64,000 nucleotides of DNA, taken from a virus (taxonomy: Duplodnaviria > Caudoviricetes). Positions 30,845-41,712 of this stretch are shown in pieces. Position numbers and translations under genes: made by a program. The DNA lies in IMG/VR virus record IMGVR_UViG_2576861683_000003, positions 33,400 through 97,399 of that record. One strand, 5' to 3'. The notes under the pieces were generated by a model. The model was not told where the DNA came from. It was given only the letters and a program-made list of their open reading frames with translations, and made no database searches. Position 1 is the first letter of the stretch; each line of letters opens with the position of its first letter.

Positions 30845-31555
30845 TTATTTAATTAATGATAAATGACGCAATATAATAATTGTTCTATCTCGCCAATAAC
30901 CACCATAAGGAACTCGTTGGCTTAATCTCCCATAAAGGTGATGCAACAACATACCATCATCCAGAATAATACCGGCATGATTTGCAACATTAGATTGAAC
31001 CTGCATAACAACCATATCGCCTGTTTGTGGTTCACCTTCTACTTTCACAAACCCTGCTTCTTGCCAATTATCCATATAGCGATCTTCACCTTGCTCCCAC
31101 CACGGATAATCAACACGATAATCAGGTAATACAATATTATGTGTCTGCTTAAAATAACTCATGATTAGGCCCCAACAATCCGTAAAACCAAGCACAAATG
31201 GACGGCCAATAAGAGGAAGTTCGCCTCGAGGAAGAATTTCACGAAAATCCCCCTCGGGGTAACTGACAATATACCAAGGGACACCCAGTGCATCACATTG
31301 AGCCTGATCTAGCTCAGAAGGTTGAGTTGTGACATCTGGATGACTATGAACAATACCAATAACGACGCCTTGGTCTTCACATAATGCATAGTCTTGAGGA
31401 GAAATAACGAAGTGCTCTTGAGGTTTTGTAGCTACATTTACGCAAGGTAAATATGTCTTTACTCTGGATTTTTGTACGATAACGCCACATGCTTCTTTGG
31501 GATATTCCTTTTTTGCATGAGAAAATATCGCCTCTCGTATTTTTTTTTGCATCAT
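30845..31555 (-). CDS. Tail protein K (JAB + NlpC/P60)
   Basis: EACG, HSHP, DCWGL, NHAGI..LHH. Confidence 0.92.
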   Translation of the reverse strand: MMQKKIREAIFSHAKKEYPKEACGVIVQKSRVKTYLPCVNVATKPQEHFVISPQDYALCEDQGVVIGIVHSHPDVTTQPSELDQAQCDALGVPWYIVSYPEGDFREILPRGELPLIGRPFVLGFTDCWGLIMSYFKQTHNIVLPDYRVDYPWWEQGEDRYMDNWQEAGFVKVEGEPQTGDMVVMQVQSNVANHAGIILDDGMLLHHLYGRLSQRVPYGGYWRDRTIIILRHLSLIK

Positions 31556-31557
31556 TA

Positions 31558-32307
31558 TTATTTCCGTAACAATGAGGTTCCGACAAAGCCACCAAAAGGA
31601 AGAGGATTATTTTTACCAAATCGCGGTACACACCCCGTTTTCAATAAACCACTACACTTATCTAGTGATGGATCGTCAACAGGATTACCCTGTTTATCAA
31701 AATAACCATTTTGCCCTGCATAATCACACCCATCTCCCGATTTATATTGCCCACGTAAACACCACGTACACATTGAATGTAGTTGCCGAGTAGGTATCAT
31801 CACACCTTGTAAATCCATTGGACTCGCCAGTGTAAATTCAACAAATTCATTTGTTTCTGCACTTTTACTATCAATATAAAAGACAGATACTCGCTCTTGG
31901 GTGGGATCAGCAGAAGTATTCCCATCACTAAAATTCTCCGCATCGAGATAATGAGAAAGTGTATCGTGAATAATCACTTTTGCTTTCAACATATCATCAT
32001 AATGCAGACATAATGCGGTTATTGAGCTATCTAAATTAGCCACTGATAATTTAGGATTAGCACTAGATCCCGTTGTAGAGGACTCTAACCCTTCTATTTG
32101 AACTGGCCATGCCCCATATTCATTCCCTTGCCACCAAATGGACTTAGCCTCTATTTCTCCTTTAGCCTTTTGCATCTCCTCTTCCGTGATGGGAATATTG
32201 TATGCATGGAATCTCAGAATATTAGAAACACCAAATTCTGTACCATCAACTTCAAAAAGCCGGACAGTATTGCCCGGCTCTAATTTTTGATAATCGGCTG
32301 TGATCAT
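31558..32307 (-). CDS. Minor tail protein L
   Basis: Four C-terminal Cys (CTW..GCDY..DKC..GC..RFG), PFGGF. Confidence 0.92.
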   Translation of the reverse strand: MITADYQKLEPGNTVRLFEVDGTEFGVSNILRFHAYNIPITEEEMQKAKGEIEAKSIWWQGNEYGAWPVQIEGLESSTTGSSANPKLSVANLDSSITALCLHYDDMLKAKVIIHDTLSHYLDAENFSDGNTSADPTQERVSVFYIDSKSAETNEFVEFTLASPMDLQGVMIPTRQLHSMCTWCLRGQYKSGDGCDYAGQNGYFDKQGNPVDDPSLDKCSGLLKTGCVPRFGKNNPLPFGGFVGTSLLRK

Positions 32308-32636
32308 GATTTAAATGCCTGAATAAAAACTAAAGAAAGGGTGTAATTTCCTGCACCGTTCGGAATGAGTTTGTGTTCATCACAACGATACAATCCAAGT
32401 GGCTCAAGAGGCGGTTTCCAGAAAAATGACTTTATTCCTGCGTGTTTATCAATAAAGTGACGAATAGCTGAAATATAATTTTCATCACCCACAAACTCCA
32501 TTGACCATTTCTGACTGCGTGAATTTAAACCATTACCAGAAACTTGTTCATAACCATCCCCAAACTTGACTTTCCTTGTGTTGTAAGAGACATCTTCAGT
32601 AGGGTTTACACGCGGACACCAAGTGAATGTTTCCAT
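32304..32636 (-). CDS. Minor tail protein M
   Basis: METFTWCP, FGDGYEQ, GLN, F.WKPP. Confidence 0.9.
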   Translation of the reverse strand: METFTWCPRVNPTEDVSYNTRKVKFGDGYEQVSGNGLNSRSQKWSMEFVGDENYISAIRHFIDKHAGIKSFFWKPPLEPLGLYRCDEHKLIPNGAGNYTLSLVFIQAFKS

Positions 32637-32638
32637 TT

Positions 32639-35600
32639 TTAACGGCCTCCTCGAGTTGCATTCCAAATTAAACCACCCGGCCTAATATCTTTGGACATGA
32701 ACTCTCGGTAACGACTATCAACAAATCGGCCAATCTCCGCACCAAACTGCTCGAATCCATTCGTTGATTGAGTTTCTGAATTACCGTTACCGTCAATGGT
32801 AATGTAAACCTGAGGTGCTGAAGTAGCGCCCTGATTATTACCACCAACAACTCTAACCCCTAAGTTGCCATCTGCGGTTCGGGTTAATGGCATTATAGCC
32901 TCACTCCCCGCCTCACCCATGAGTCCGAGATTAGGCGCACCACCCTTAGCAAAGGCAAAATAAGTGGGTGAGCTAACGATTTGATTACTATAAGAACCAA
33001 GGCTCTCTGAACTATGCACCCCGCCTTTAGCGTGGGCAACACCACCTAAAAATCCACCAACAGCGCCCATCCAACCACCAGCACCTGCCATTGTATTAAG
33101 GCTATTCACTATTGCCGCATTAATGAGTACATTCTGAATAGATTTCAACACGCTAACAGACCAATCTTTCCAGCTGGCTTTATTACCATTTAGTTTATCG
33201 CTGATAGTATCAACCATTCCTCCCATTGCATTTTGAACAACAGAGGCTGTTTGAGCAGCATAGTTACCACTTTCCTGAACCCAATCTTTCATTCCACGCG
33301 TTATACCTGCGGTCCAGTCAGATTCAGCGAGCGCTATATTTCGATACTTAAGATCTAATGCATCTAATGCTTTAGATCTGGCTTCAATATCTTCTGTTTT
33401 CTTTGCAGATTCATTGTAGATACGGTCTATTTGCTGGCTTTCTTCAAAGTAGCTTTTTTCTCTTGAACTCATGCTATTGGTTTGAGTCGCTAACGTAGCT
33501 TCATCGTTAAATTTGACTGCGGCTTCTTGCAGTTTTTTACGAGCCTCTTCCATATCACGATGCTTTTTGACGGCATCATCTGCTTTTTGTGTCCATTCTG
33601 CGAGAGCGACAGATGAACGTTCAATCGCTTCTCTTTGCTTATCCGTCCATTTAGCCCCATTTTCATGTGATGCTGCATAAAGAGAGGCGGCTTTTTCGCC
33701 TTGTGAAGCTCTAACCTTCTGAACCTCTGTTGCCACACTTAAATCTGCTATCTTCCGCTCATATTGTTCTGCGGTTCTTTCAGCTTCTTTTTGCGCTTTT
33801 TCATAGGCGCTTTGTGTTGCCTTTCCTGTTTTAAGAGATTCATTTAGCTTTTCTCGATTTTGAAAAGCTGTCACTAGGTTATTAATATACTTCTGACGAT
33901 TTTCGGCATGCTCTGGCGTGTTGGTTAACCCCACATCATCGGCAGAAAATTCGGCCTGTTTAATAACTCTAGCTTCACCCGTTAATGAAGATAGGATTTT
34001 CTCTCGCTCAGAGTTATTTATTAGCGTTTGCTGTTTATCATCTAGTGGTGCATTAGGAATACGCATAGGAATATTGACTAGTGCCTGCCGAGTAGCGAGC
34101 ATATTGTTACCAATATTCATGATCTGATTGAACTTCGTTTGTTCAGCATTCATAAACAACAAGGCTTGATGGGCTTTATTTTGCTCTGATGCCTGTTGTC
34201 GAATTAAGAATACTCGTTGTTCTTCAATATTTTTTAATGCAGACTGAATTCCCGTCGATTTCTCTTGCATTTGAATGAGGCGTTCTTTTTCTGCTGCAAG
34301 ATCTTTTTCAGCTTCAGCTAATTGATTAACAACATCAGCTTCACTAGTTAGATGATTTATCATGAAATCACCCATCTTAGGACCAGGTGATGCAAGTATC
34401 TGCTGGTAACCTCTAATTTGTTTCTCTAGATCATCAACTTTACCTTTTTGCTCTGTAACTAGCCTATTTTGTTCAGTGAGTGAATCATTCGTTTTATCGT
34501 AATTGTCAGATACATCAGGAAGAGACATCTTTCTTAAATTCTCTTGTACCTGATTAATAGTTTCGGCATATTCCCGAGCAGAACGCCGCGCTTCCTCTTG
34601 ATTCTGATACATAATGTACCAAGCAGAAGCACCTGCCATAACAAGTCCGGGGATCCCACCTATTAGCCCCATAGCACCGCTCATTAATCGAGATCCTGTC
34701 GATGTGATTCGATTAAGATTCTCTTGGGCAGTACGCCTTGCTGATATATTTCGATTTAATGTTGCTTGCGCTGAAGCTAATCGACGCTCAGCCAATGCTT
34801 GTTGCTCGGCACTTTGTGCTGAAGCTCTAGCTTGCTGTGCTCGATAGACTGCTGCCCTTGCTCGAGCCGTTGATATTTTAATACCTTGTAACTGAGCTTG
34901 AGCTAAGGCGATTTCATTTTTTGTTGCACGCGCAACCCCAATGGTTGCATTCGCCACACTCGTTGTCAGCCCACCAAAATAACGCGCCAGACCTAGACCA
35001 ATTAACACACCAGAAACAGAGGCTATACCATCAATATTGTTCGCGATCCCCTCCATTGCGGTTGATAGTGTGCGAGTAGCACCTGATGTTTCATTAACAT
35101 TGCCGATCCATGCCATGAACGCATTTTCAATCTTCTGTGCAGACCCACTTACCGTGGCTGGCAATTGCTCAAACTCGGCTCGTAACTGTTGCGTATTCGT
35201 CAGGATAGGAACAATTTTATCCATCGTGAGTAGTCCATTTTGCGACATTTCACGCAGGCCACCAATCGTCGTTCCCATACCATCAGCTAGCATTTTTGCT
35301 AATCGCCCACCATTCTCCATGACGGCATTAAATTCTTCACCACGAAGAACTCCCGAACCTAATGCTTGGCTTAGTTGTGTAATAACAGAGCTGGTTTCTT
35401 CAGCACTGGCGCCAGAGAGCTTTAATGCGGTAGCAATGGTTTCGGTGACTTTCGCAACATCACTTGAGGCATAACCCGCATCACGCATGGATTGTGCAAC
35501 ACGGCTGTATAGATTCGTATTCGCTGCAATCGATGTGCCCGTTCTTTGGCTCAACGTCATTAACTCTTGCTGTGCTTGTTTAAAATCTTCCAGCGAGGTA

Positions 35601-35905
35601 GACGCTAATTTTAATCGACCGCTGAGTTGACTCCATGTGTCTGCATAATTGATAAGTTGCTGTGTTGCAAAAGCTCCTGCAAATGCACCCGCAACGCCTG
35701 ATACAGTATTTTTAATGGACGATAACTCACCATTTAGATCATGGATAGCGCGTTGCATTTCACGAGATGCACCACTGGCGCGTCGCCCACCTTGCTCAAT
35801 GATCCGATAATAGTTTTCTCCCATACGCGAAGCCCGCGCTATTTCAGATTGAAACGAGGAAGAATTAGCAGAAATTTTAATAATCAGTTCACGCAGTTTT
35901 GCCAT
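32639..35905 (-). CDS. Tail tape measure protein
   Basis: 1088 aa Ala-rich helical; QLSQALGSGVLRGEEFNAV; GLMGEAGSEAIMPL. Confidence 0.93.
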   Translation of the reverse strand: MAKLRELIIKISANSSSFQSEIARASRMGENYYRIIEQGGRRASGASREMQRAIHDLNGELSSIKNTVSGVAGAFAGAFATQQLINYADTWSQLSGRLKLASTSLEDFKQAQQELMTLSQRTGTSIAANTNLYSRVAQSMRDAGYASSDVAKVTETIATALKLSGASAEETSSVITQLSQALGSGVLRGEEFNAVMENGGRLAKMLADGMGTTIGGLREMSQNGLLTMDKIVPILTNTQQLRAEFEQLPATVSGSAQKIENAFMAWIGNVNETSGATRTLSTAMEGIANNIDGIASVSGVLIGLGLARYFGGLTTSVANATIGVARATKNEIALAQAQLQGIKISTARARAAVYRAQQARASAQSAEQQALAERRLASAQATLNRNISARRTAQENLNRITSTGSRLMSGAMGLIGGIPGLVMAGASAWYIMYQNQEEARRSAREYAETINQVQENLRKMSLPDVSDNYDKTNDSLTEQNRLVTEQKGKVDDLEKQIRGYQQILASPGPKMGDFMINHLTSEADVVNQLAEAEKDLAAEKERLIQMQEKSTGIQSALKNIEEQRVFLIRQQASEQNKAHQALLFMNAEQTKFNQIMNIGNNMLATRQALVNIPMRIPNAPLDDKQQTLINNSEREKILSSLTGEARVIKQAEFSADDVGLTNTPEHAENRQKYINNLVTAFQNREKLNESLKTGKATQSAYEKAQKEAERTAEQYERKIADLSVATEVQKVRASQGEKAASLYAASHENGAKWTDKQREAIERSSVALAEWTQKADDAVKKHRDMEEARKKLQEAAVKFNDEATLATQTNSMSSREKSYFEESQQIDRIYNESAKKTEDIEARSKALDALDLKYRNIALAESDWTAGITRGMKDWVQESGNYAAQTASVVQNAMGGMVDTISDKLNGNKASWKDWSVSVLKSIQNVLINAAIVNSLNTMAGAGGWMGAVGGFLGGVAHAKGGVHSSESLGSYSNQIVSSPTYFAFAKGGAPNLGLMGEAGSEAIMPLTRTADGNLGVRVVGGNNQGATSAPQVYITIDGNGNSETQSTNGFEQFGAEIGRFVDSRYREFMSKDIRPGGLIWNATRGGR

Positions 35906-35924
35906 TTTATCCTCGCAAAAATAA

Positions 35925-36206
35925 TTAATTTTCTGAAATAGACTGAAAGAAATTCTCTAACCCATTAGAACTATCATCACTTTCTTGGGTTGCTTTGGGA
36001 TCCCACCGTAAAAGCACATCAGAAAGCGTGCATTTACCGCCTTGAGAGTGATAAATAGAAGAAACGATATGTGCTGTTTGAATATCACTGCGAATATCAC
36101 CGATGGGATTAATGCGATCAAAAGCCATCCACATCCGAAGTTCACTCAAGCTCATTTGGCGAGTGAGTTCATCAAGAGTGCGCCCCATACGGAGCGCCAA
36201 TGTCAT
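35925..36206 (-). CDS. Tail chaperone T part (G-T frameshift product)
   Basis: In -1 frame relative to G; LALRMGRTL...PIGDIRSDIQ. Confidence 0.8.
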   Translation of the reverse strand: MTLALRMGRTLDELTRQMSLSELRMWMAFDRINPIGDIRSDIQTAHIVSSIYHSQGGKCTLSDVLLRWDPKATQESDDSSNGLENFFQSISEN

Positions 36207-36229
36207 TAAAAAGAAAGTATCAGGCTGGG

Positions 36230-36610
36230 CTACTTTTTTTCTGCATCATCAACCGAAATAGTTAAATCGAGCGCTTGTTTTAATAAACGAGAATGTACTG
36301 GACCATAAATAGCCATTACATCGTTAATGTCTGATTCATCAAAAACGACCTCCCCGTTTTCATCACGCAACACATCAATAAACATCACAACATCGGCACG
36401 TAAATTACGTTGTGCAATTTCAATGTCAGATAACGAATGTTCATCTTCAGCATTATCATGATGAATAATTTCACGCCACTTCATCCATGCAGGTGATGAC
36501 GGTTCACGAAGCATGACGACCGCATTTTCCCATTCAGCAACATTCACTTTCTTTGTGCGAAAGGCGTTCTTTTCACTTAAAGCCAGTGACTTTAATGACG
36601 GTTTTTTCAT
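36230..36610 (-). CDS. Tail assembly chaperone G
   Basis: Between tail tube and tape measure; ends GCA GAA AAA AAG TAG. Confidence 0.85.
   Translation of the reverse strand: MKKPSLKSLALSEKNAFRTKKVNVAEWENAVVMLREPSSPAWMKWREIIHHDNAEDEHSLSDIEIAQRNLRADVVMFIDVLRDENGEVVFDESDINDVMAIYGPVHSRLLKQALDLTISVDDAEKK
36233..36240 (-). promoter_or_regulatory. Programmed -1 frameshift site A AAA AAG
   Basis: -1 slip reads K-V-A-Q-P-D-T-F-F-L-M-T-L in frame with 35925-36206. Confidence 0.8.
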
Positions 36611-36612
36611 GG

Positions 36613-37080
36613 TTATTCGCTACCTTTATTTAAATTAACAGTCCCGTTTTTAATCGGCTTAGATTTACCTTTTAAACGTAGGGTAAATGAAGCGGAAACC
36701 ACACCTGAAGTAGAAACACTCCAACTGTTTTGACGCACTTCGGCTAAAAAGGCATAGCCAATACCCGAAGGGAACTCCACTTTAAATGCATGAACTTCAT
36801 CATTTTCATACGCGGTACGTAATGTTTCTTGGCCTTCATCATCAGTGAAATTACCATTAATGGTGAGCTCTGCAGGTGCGGATAATCCATTGGTAACTTC
36901 TTGCTCCTCAGAACAGAGCGTGGTGACATCAATATCTGATTTCTGCCCACCGGTATAACTGATTTCTTTTGTTGAACAAGAAATCCCTAAAAATACCGCA
37001 TCAGCTGGGTTAACTTCTGTTGCGGGTAATTTCGAGACACTGATTTTAGTGCCTTGTGTTTTTTCATATTTACTAGACAT
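36613..37080 (-). CDS. Major tail tube protein
   Basis: YTGGQKSDIDVTTLCS, GQETLRTAY; position. Confidence 0.85.
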   Translation of the reverse strand: MSSKYEKTQGTKISVSKLPATEVNPADAVFLGISCSTKEISYTGGQKSDIDVTTLCSEEQEVTNGLSAPAELTINGNFTDDEGQETLRTAYENDEVHAFKVEFPSGIGYAFLAEVRQNSWSVSTSGVVSASFTLRLKGKSKPIKNGTVNLNKGSE

Positions 37081-37145
37081 GATCATTTCCTATTGGCATA
37101 AAAAAACCACCTGAAGGTGGCTTTAGTGTGAATAATAAGGCGATG

Positions 37146-37481
37146 CTATTGCCAAACTTGGCACTCAAACGTTGCTCTAAACAATCCTGTATCTGGCTCG
37201 TAGTCTTGTTTCTCTGAAATTTCAACAGGGCTTAATTTTGTTAAGGCATTAGCAAATAACAAGCGAAGCGTTCTCGCTTCATCAATCGTATCGGCATAAA
37301 CATCAACCTGAATATTCGTCATTGTTTCGGCTTGCCCCTTCAGTACATCGCCTTTGACATCGTACAAAGAGAAGACACACCAAGGCGCTGTTATTGCAGG
37401 GTTTGATTGTGGAGCAACATACGGAAAAACTTTATCAGGTAATACAGGTGATAAAATTGAGTAGATATCCGCCTCTGTCAT
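37146..37481 (-). CDS. Tail terminator (DUF3168-like)
   Basis: VFPYVAP, IQVDVYA, YEPDTGLFR; position. Confidence 0.8.
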   Translation of the reverse strand: MTEADIYSILSPVLPDKVFPYVAPQSNPAITAPWCVFSLYDVKGDVLKGQAETMTNIQVDVYADTIDEARTLRLLFANALTKLSPVEISEKQDYEPDTGLFRATFECQVWQ

Positions 37482-37918
37482 TTTCCTAGCGCCTCATCAA
37501 TCGCTCTATTTAACTCGCTAATGGCTAAATTGGCTGCCTTATCCGATTCACGATCAAAAGTGGGACGTATAAAAGGCCTTGGCGCCATTTTAGAAGTGCC
37601 CTCTTCAAGAAAACGCCAATAAAAGGCATTATTAGGATGATCACTTTTCATGGAGGTATCACTGTTTGTGCCTGATGCGTTACTCCCTCGAACATAAACG
37701 CCCGAAGAAACCTCGCCTTTATTGCGCATTCTGTGATTACGGGTCACTATATTTCGTGCTAATTTTCCCGTCTTTCGTGGTGCGGACGTTCTGATTTCAT
37801 CACGTAATAACGTTGCGGCCGCATTAGTTGCTTTTCGCATCGCTTGATGACTTTCAGCTCGGCTTAAAACATCTAACTCTCTTGATAAGTCGAGTAGATC
37901 GGAGAAATCCAAATTCAT
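37478..37918 (-). CDS. HK97 gp10-family protein
   Basis: APRKTGKL, FYWRFLEEGTSKMAPRPFIRP. Confidence 0.88.
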   Translation of the reverse strand: MNLDFSDLLDLSRELDVLSRAESHQAMRKATNAAATLLRDEIRTSAPRKTGKLARNIVTRNHRMRNKGEVSSGVYVRGSNASGTNSDTSMKSDHPNNAFYWRFLEEGTSKMAPRPFIRPTFDRESDKAANLAISELNRAIDEALGK

Positions 37919-38238
37919 GATTGTTTAACTCCTTGTTTGCATAGCAATTCTAATCGAGTCAATTTCTCATCAGGAATGACTGACTGAATGTCATAAATTT
38001 GCTCACGCCAAACCATTCTGCAGGTACTGTTAATATCGGGTCGATAACGCATCCACACTCTAACAGTAACCTCTGACATTTCAGCATTAGCGGATATCAG
38101 CTCACGACCAGAAAGATGTTTTACTTCGCATCGCACTGAAGCGATATCAACCCACTCTTTTTTAAGTTGCCCTGAAGGTAATTTAATGGGTACGTTCTGT
38201 TGAAATATGACAGTTTGGCGCAATCTTCCTGCTTTCAT
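37915..38238 (-). CDS. Head closure protein
   Basis: MKAGRLRQ, SGRE, RYRPDI, YDIQSV. Confidence 0.85.
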   Translation of the reverse strand: MKAGRLRQTVIFQQNVPIKLPSGQLKKEWVDIASVRCEVKHLSGRELISANAEMSEVTVRVWMRYRPDINSTCRMVWREQIYDIQSVIPDEKLTRLELLCKQGVKQS

Positions 38239-38543
38239 GATTGCCCTCGCATGGGTCTGATACGATATTCACGCAATGCATTACATAGCGACTCGGGGAG
38301 TGATTGACCTTCACGATTCTCATACCAAAAACCAACCATTTGCATGAGCCTTATTTTTATATCTTCGGAAAGAAGTAAGCCATAATGATCACTTTCAGGT
38401 ATTTCATCATCATACAATTTTCGGTTTGTTAATCTTTCCACTTCGGCTATTGCCGACGATAGATTTTGTTGAAGCAAATCATCATCCTGATCACCATCGA
38501 TATAACATTGGCGTTTCAATTCATCGATAGTTGGAAATGCCAT
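38235..38543 (-). CDS. Head-tail connector (gp6-like)
   Basis: ELKRQCYID..DDDLL, GFWYENRE. Confidence 0.85.
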   Translation of the reverse strand: MAFPTIDELKRQCYIDGDQDDDLLQQNLSSAIAEVERLTNRKLYDDEIPESDHYGLLLSEDIKIRLMQMVGFWYENREGQSLPESLCNALREYRIRPMRGQS

Positions 38544-38638
38544 GAAACCTCCAATAAATCCTGCGACCTATCCCGATCGCAGGCACAAAAAAACCGCAAT
38601 TAAGCGGTATATATGAAACTGAGATACATAAACTCAGA

Positions 38639-39847
38639 TTATTTAGTGGCTCCAGCTTTCAGTAACTTCACAGCATTACTGTCAACCAACATAGAGCCAA
38701 CGCGTTTCGTCGTATAGAAATGTACAAACGGTTTGTTGGTGTATGGGTCACGTAACATACGTACACCAATACGATCAAGAATAGTGTAACAGCGGTTGAA
38801 GTTACCAAAAGCAATCGGCACAGCGTCAGCTGATACATCAGAAAATTGCTCATTTTCTGCAATGCCATACCCTAATAATGCAGAAGGTTGCCCTAATTGC
38901 AGACCGGGTTGCCACAAGTAATTACCTTGAGCATCTTTCAGTGTGCGAACTTGGAATAATGTATTGTTATTCATCATAAATTTAGCACCTGTGCGATACA
39001 CTTTTCGCATGGTATAAATTAATTTCATAACTTCATCCGCCGTGATTTCTGTCGGTTTTTTCAATAACAAATGCTGTAACTTACCCCATTCACGCTCTTT
39101 GTCGCCTTTATCGTCACTGCCGTATGCCAATAGGCCTTTAGGCTTTTTAATACCGTCACCGTGGGTAAATACCGCTTCTTCCTGCTCCGCAAATTCTGTG
39201 GCTAACTCACTGGTGATGAATTGCTCAACATTAAAAAAGGCATCATCAAGCATAGTTTGAGTAGCCGCAGGATTACCGTAAATTTCTCCCCATACAGGCT
39301 CAATAGAGGCGAGTTTTGATGTGTTGGTTTCGGGGCGTTTATCCACTTCACCCACCCATCCACTATTAGTGCCACCTTGATTAATCAGGCGTTTAAACTT
39401 CTCTGTGCCAACCGTAATCACATTACACTCTTGGCGCATAACCACTTCATCACGCAATGCCGTAATGATATTACGATCCAGTTCTTCTGGTACCGCATAA
39501 CCGCCGTCAGGATCTGAACCGACCTGCATTGCTTTACGCTCTAATTCCGCAAGGCCATCATCTGTACCTTTACGCACAAATAATTCAAACGCGGTTTTAT
39601 GCTCAGAGACATCTTTATTCGTCACGTTACCATCTGGACGTTTTACTGAAGCAAGTTCCGCTTCTAAATTGCTTTTTAATTCATCCAGCTCTGATAATTT
39701 TTCATTTAAGGTATCAACGGTTGCTGATAACTTACTTTTTTCAGCTTCAATCGCATCGATACGTTTATCATTCGACTTTTTAAATTCATCAAACTGACCT
39801 TTTAATTCCTGCGCAACTTCACTGACGTCTTTATGATCAATAGCCAT
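38639..39847 (-). CDS. Major capsid protein, HK97 family
   Basis: Coiled-coil delta domain, DGGYAVP, LKDAQGNYLWQP, FGNF. Confidence 0.93.
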   Translation of the reverse strand: MAIDHKDVSEVAQELKGQFDEFKKSNDKRIDAIEAEKSKLSATVDTLNEKLSELDELKSNLEAELASVKRPDGNVTNKDVSEHKTAFELFVRKGTDDGLAELERKAMQVGSDPDGGYAVPEELDRNIITALRDEVVMRQECNVITVGTEKFKRLINQGGTNSGWVGEVDKRPETNTSKLASIEPVWGEIYGNPAATQTMLDDAFFNVEQFITSELATEFAEQEEAVFTHGDGIKKPKGLLAYGSDDKGDKEREWGKLQHLLLKKPTEITADEVMKLIYTMRKVYRTGAKFMMNNNTLFQVRTLKDAQGNYLWQPGLQLGQPSALLGYGIAENEQFSDVSADAVPIAFGNFNRCYTILDRIGVRMLRDPYTNKPFVHFYTTKRVGSMLVDSNAVKLLKAGATK

Positions 39848-39860
39848 AATTTTTCCTTTA

Positions 39861-40511
39861 TTATTTAAAAATAGATTTCAATGTTTCTAATGCTTCTTGC
39901 TCAACATCACGCAGAGAAAGTGCATCGTAGCCTTTGGCCATAAAAGCCTTGGCTTGTGTTCGCGAAAGCCCAACATCGCGCAGGACTCGCTCAATACTTT
40001 TTTGTGTGGGTAATTCACCACGAGCAAATGCCGACTTCACATCACTGACTCGCGCTTCATCATTGGAAGGAAATGTCACTAAGCTGACTTCCCATAGGTC
40101 GATTTCTTTCAGTAGAAAGGCATCTTTACTGCGGTCATATTCATAATCTTTAAGAATGTAACCAATAGAAAGGCCGGAGAGTGATCCGGCCTTCATATGA
40201 GCATGTGCACGTTTAGATAAAGGATCGTCATCAATTAACAGGCGACCTTTTACATAGAGTCCAGTGCTGTCTTCTCTCATTTCGGTATAAATACCAATAG
40301 GCTCAACCATTTGGTGTTGCCAAAGTAAAGCAGGTAACGCACCTTTTTCTTTCCACTGACTCAGAGAATTAAGAAAAGCCCCCGGCATCACAATATCGGC
40401 ATAACTGTCTTTTACCCCGAAAACGGAGCCGTAGCCTTCAAACTCGCCAGAGTCACTAACAGACTTAATTTTCAATGGCACATCAAGCCGTTGTTTGGTC
40501 GTCATCGGCAT
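39861..40511 (-). CDS. Prohead protease, HK97 family
   Basis: FEGYGSVF, LLWQH, GLSIGY, LWEVSLVTFPSN. Confidence 0.93.
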   Translation of the reverse strand: MPMTTKQRLDVPLKIKSVSDSGEFEGYGSVFGVKDSYADIVMPGAFLNSLSQWKEKGALPALLWQHQMVEPIGIYTEMREDSTGLYVKGRLLIDDDPLSKRAHAHMKAGSLSGLSIGYILKDYEYDRSKDAFLLKEIDLWEVSLVTFPSNDEARVSDVKSAFARGELPTQKSIERVLRDVGLSRTQAKAFMAKGYDALSLRDVEQEALETLKSIFK

Positions 40512-41712
40512 GCGCTTTCTCCTCTTGTTTTTGGGTTTCTGGCTTAGTAGTCATGTTCATCGGTGTGAGATAAATATCGCCACCCTCACGCGGATTTAAC
40601 TCTTCGAGTTCACGACATTCATTAGGCGAATAAATCCCCCAGTTAATGCCTGTTGAGTAGGCTTCAAATCGCGATTTCATATCACCACGTAATAAAGCGC
40701 CAGTATTAAATTTGGCATAAAAAGTCCCTTGTTTACTGGCTTTTACTAGCCCTGCATTAATACGTTGCTCTATACGAATAAGGTAGGGAACAAGTGAGTA
40801 GTTAATAAAACCAATACCCAAGTTTTCAATGTTATTGAATGTGGCGCGATCGGTGTTTTGCACCATGTGAAGGGGAACACGAAAAATACGGCAAATTTCC
40901 TCTAACTGAAACTTTCGTGTTTCAAGAAATTGCGCATCCTCAGCCGATAAACTGATTTGTTGCCACTTCAACCCCATTTCTAAAATCATCGGTTTGTGTG
41001 CATTGGCTAACCCTTGGTGCCGTTCACCGAAGTCAGATTTCAGTCTTTCGTAAGCATCATCTTTTAGATATTGATCCGTTTGTAATACACCACTTGTCAC
41101 CGCACCGTTTCCAAATAAACGCGAACCATGCTCTTCGGTGGCTAATCCTAAACCAATGGCTTGACGTGCATAGGCGATCGGACTTAATCCCACTAAACCA
41201 TCAAGAGTAAAAATCCGCACATGCCAGATTTCTTGCTGTGTCAGTGTTTCACTTTTACCATTTGGAAATGTCACCTGATACTCAGGCTCCCATTGGCTAT
41301 TTAATTTTGGCGTGACACAACTAGGATCGAGAGGTAGTAATTCAACTACTTCGCCTAGGGCGTACACCTTATAAGCATAAAAATTCCCCCTTAAACACAA
41401 ACAGGCAATTAATAGTTCCCAAAGCTCTTGTGGTGTCATGTAATTATTGGGCTTAACCGCCAGTAATTTGTGTAACCGTTCTTTGGTGGCGCGTTTATTT
41501 CCTCTTTCTAATTGTTCATATAAAGAACATGGCAACATCCCTACCGATTCTGCAAGAACACGAATACAACTAAATACAGAAGTCAGTTGCATAGCGAGTT
41601 GTGTACTCACTCTTCGACCAGAATAAGTGTCATAAGACAATCCAATTAACTCACTCAGTTCTGATGAGGTCATCTCTTTCTGAGATTTCTGAAATAACCC
41701 AGGAAAAAACAT
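40483..41712 (-). CDS. Portal protein, HK97 family
   Basis: VFSCIRVLAESV, GLSPI, DAQFLETRK, ICRIFRVP. Confidence 0.93.
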   Translation of the reverse strand: MFFPGLFQKSQKEMTSSELSELIGLSYDTYSGRRVSTQLAMQLTSVFSCIRVLAESVGMLPCSLYEQLERGNKRATKERLHKLLAVKPNNYMTPQELWELLIACLCLRGNFYAYKVYALGEVVELLPLDPSCVTPKLNSQWEPEYQVTFPNGKSETLTQQEIWHVRIFTLDGLVGLSPIAYARQAIGLGLATEEHGSRLFGNGAVTSGVLQTDQYLKDDAYERLKSDFGERHQGLANAHKPMILEMGLKWQQISLSAEDAQFLETRKFQLEEICRIFRVPLHMVQNTDRATFNNIENLGIGFINYSLVPYLIRIEQRINAGLVKASKQGTFYAKFNTGALLRGDMKSRFEAYSTGINWGIYSPNECRELEELNPREGGDIYLTPMNMTTKPETQKQEEKAHADDDQTTA

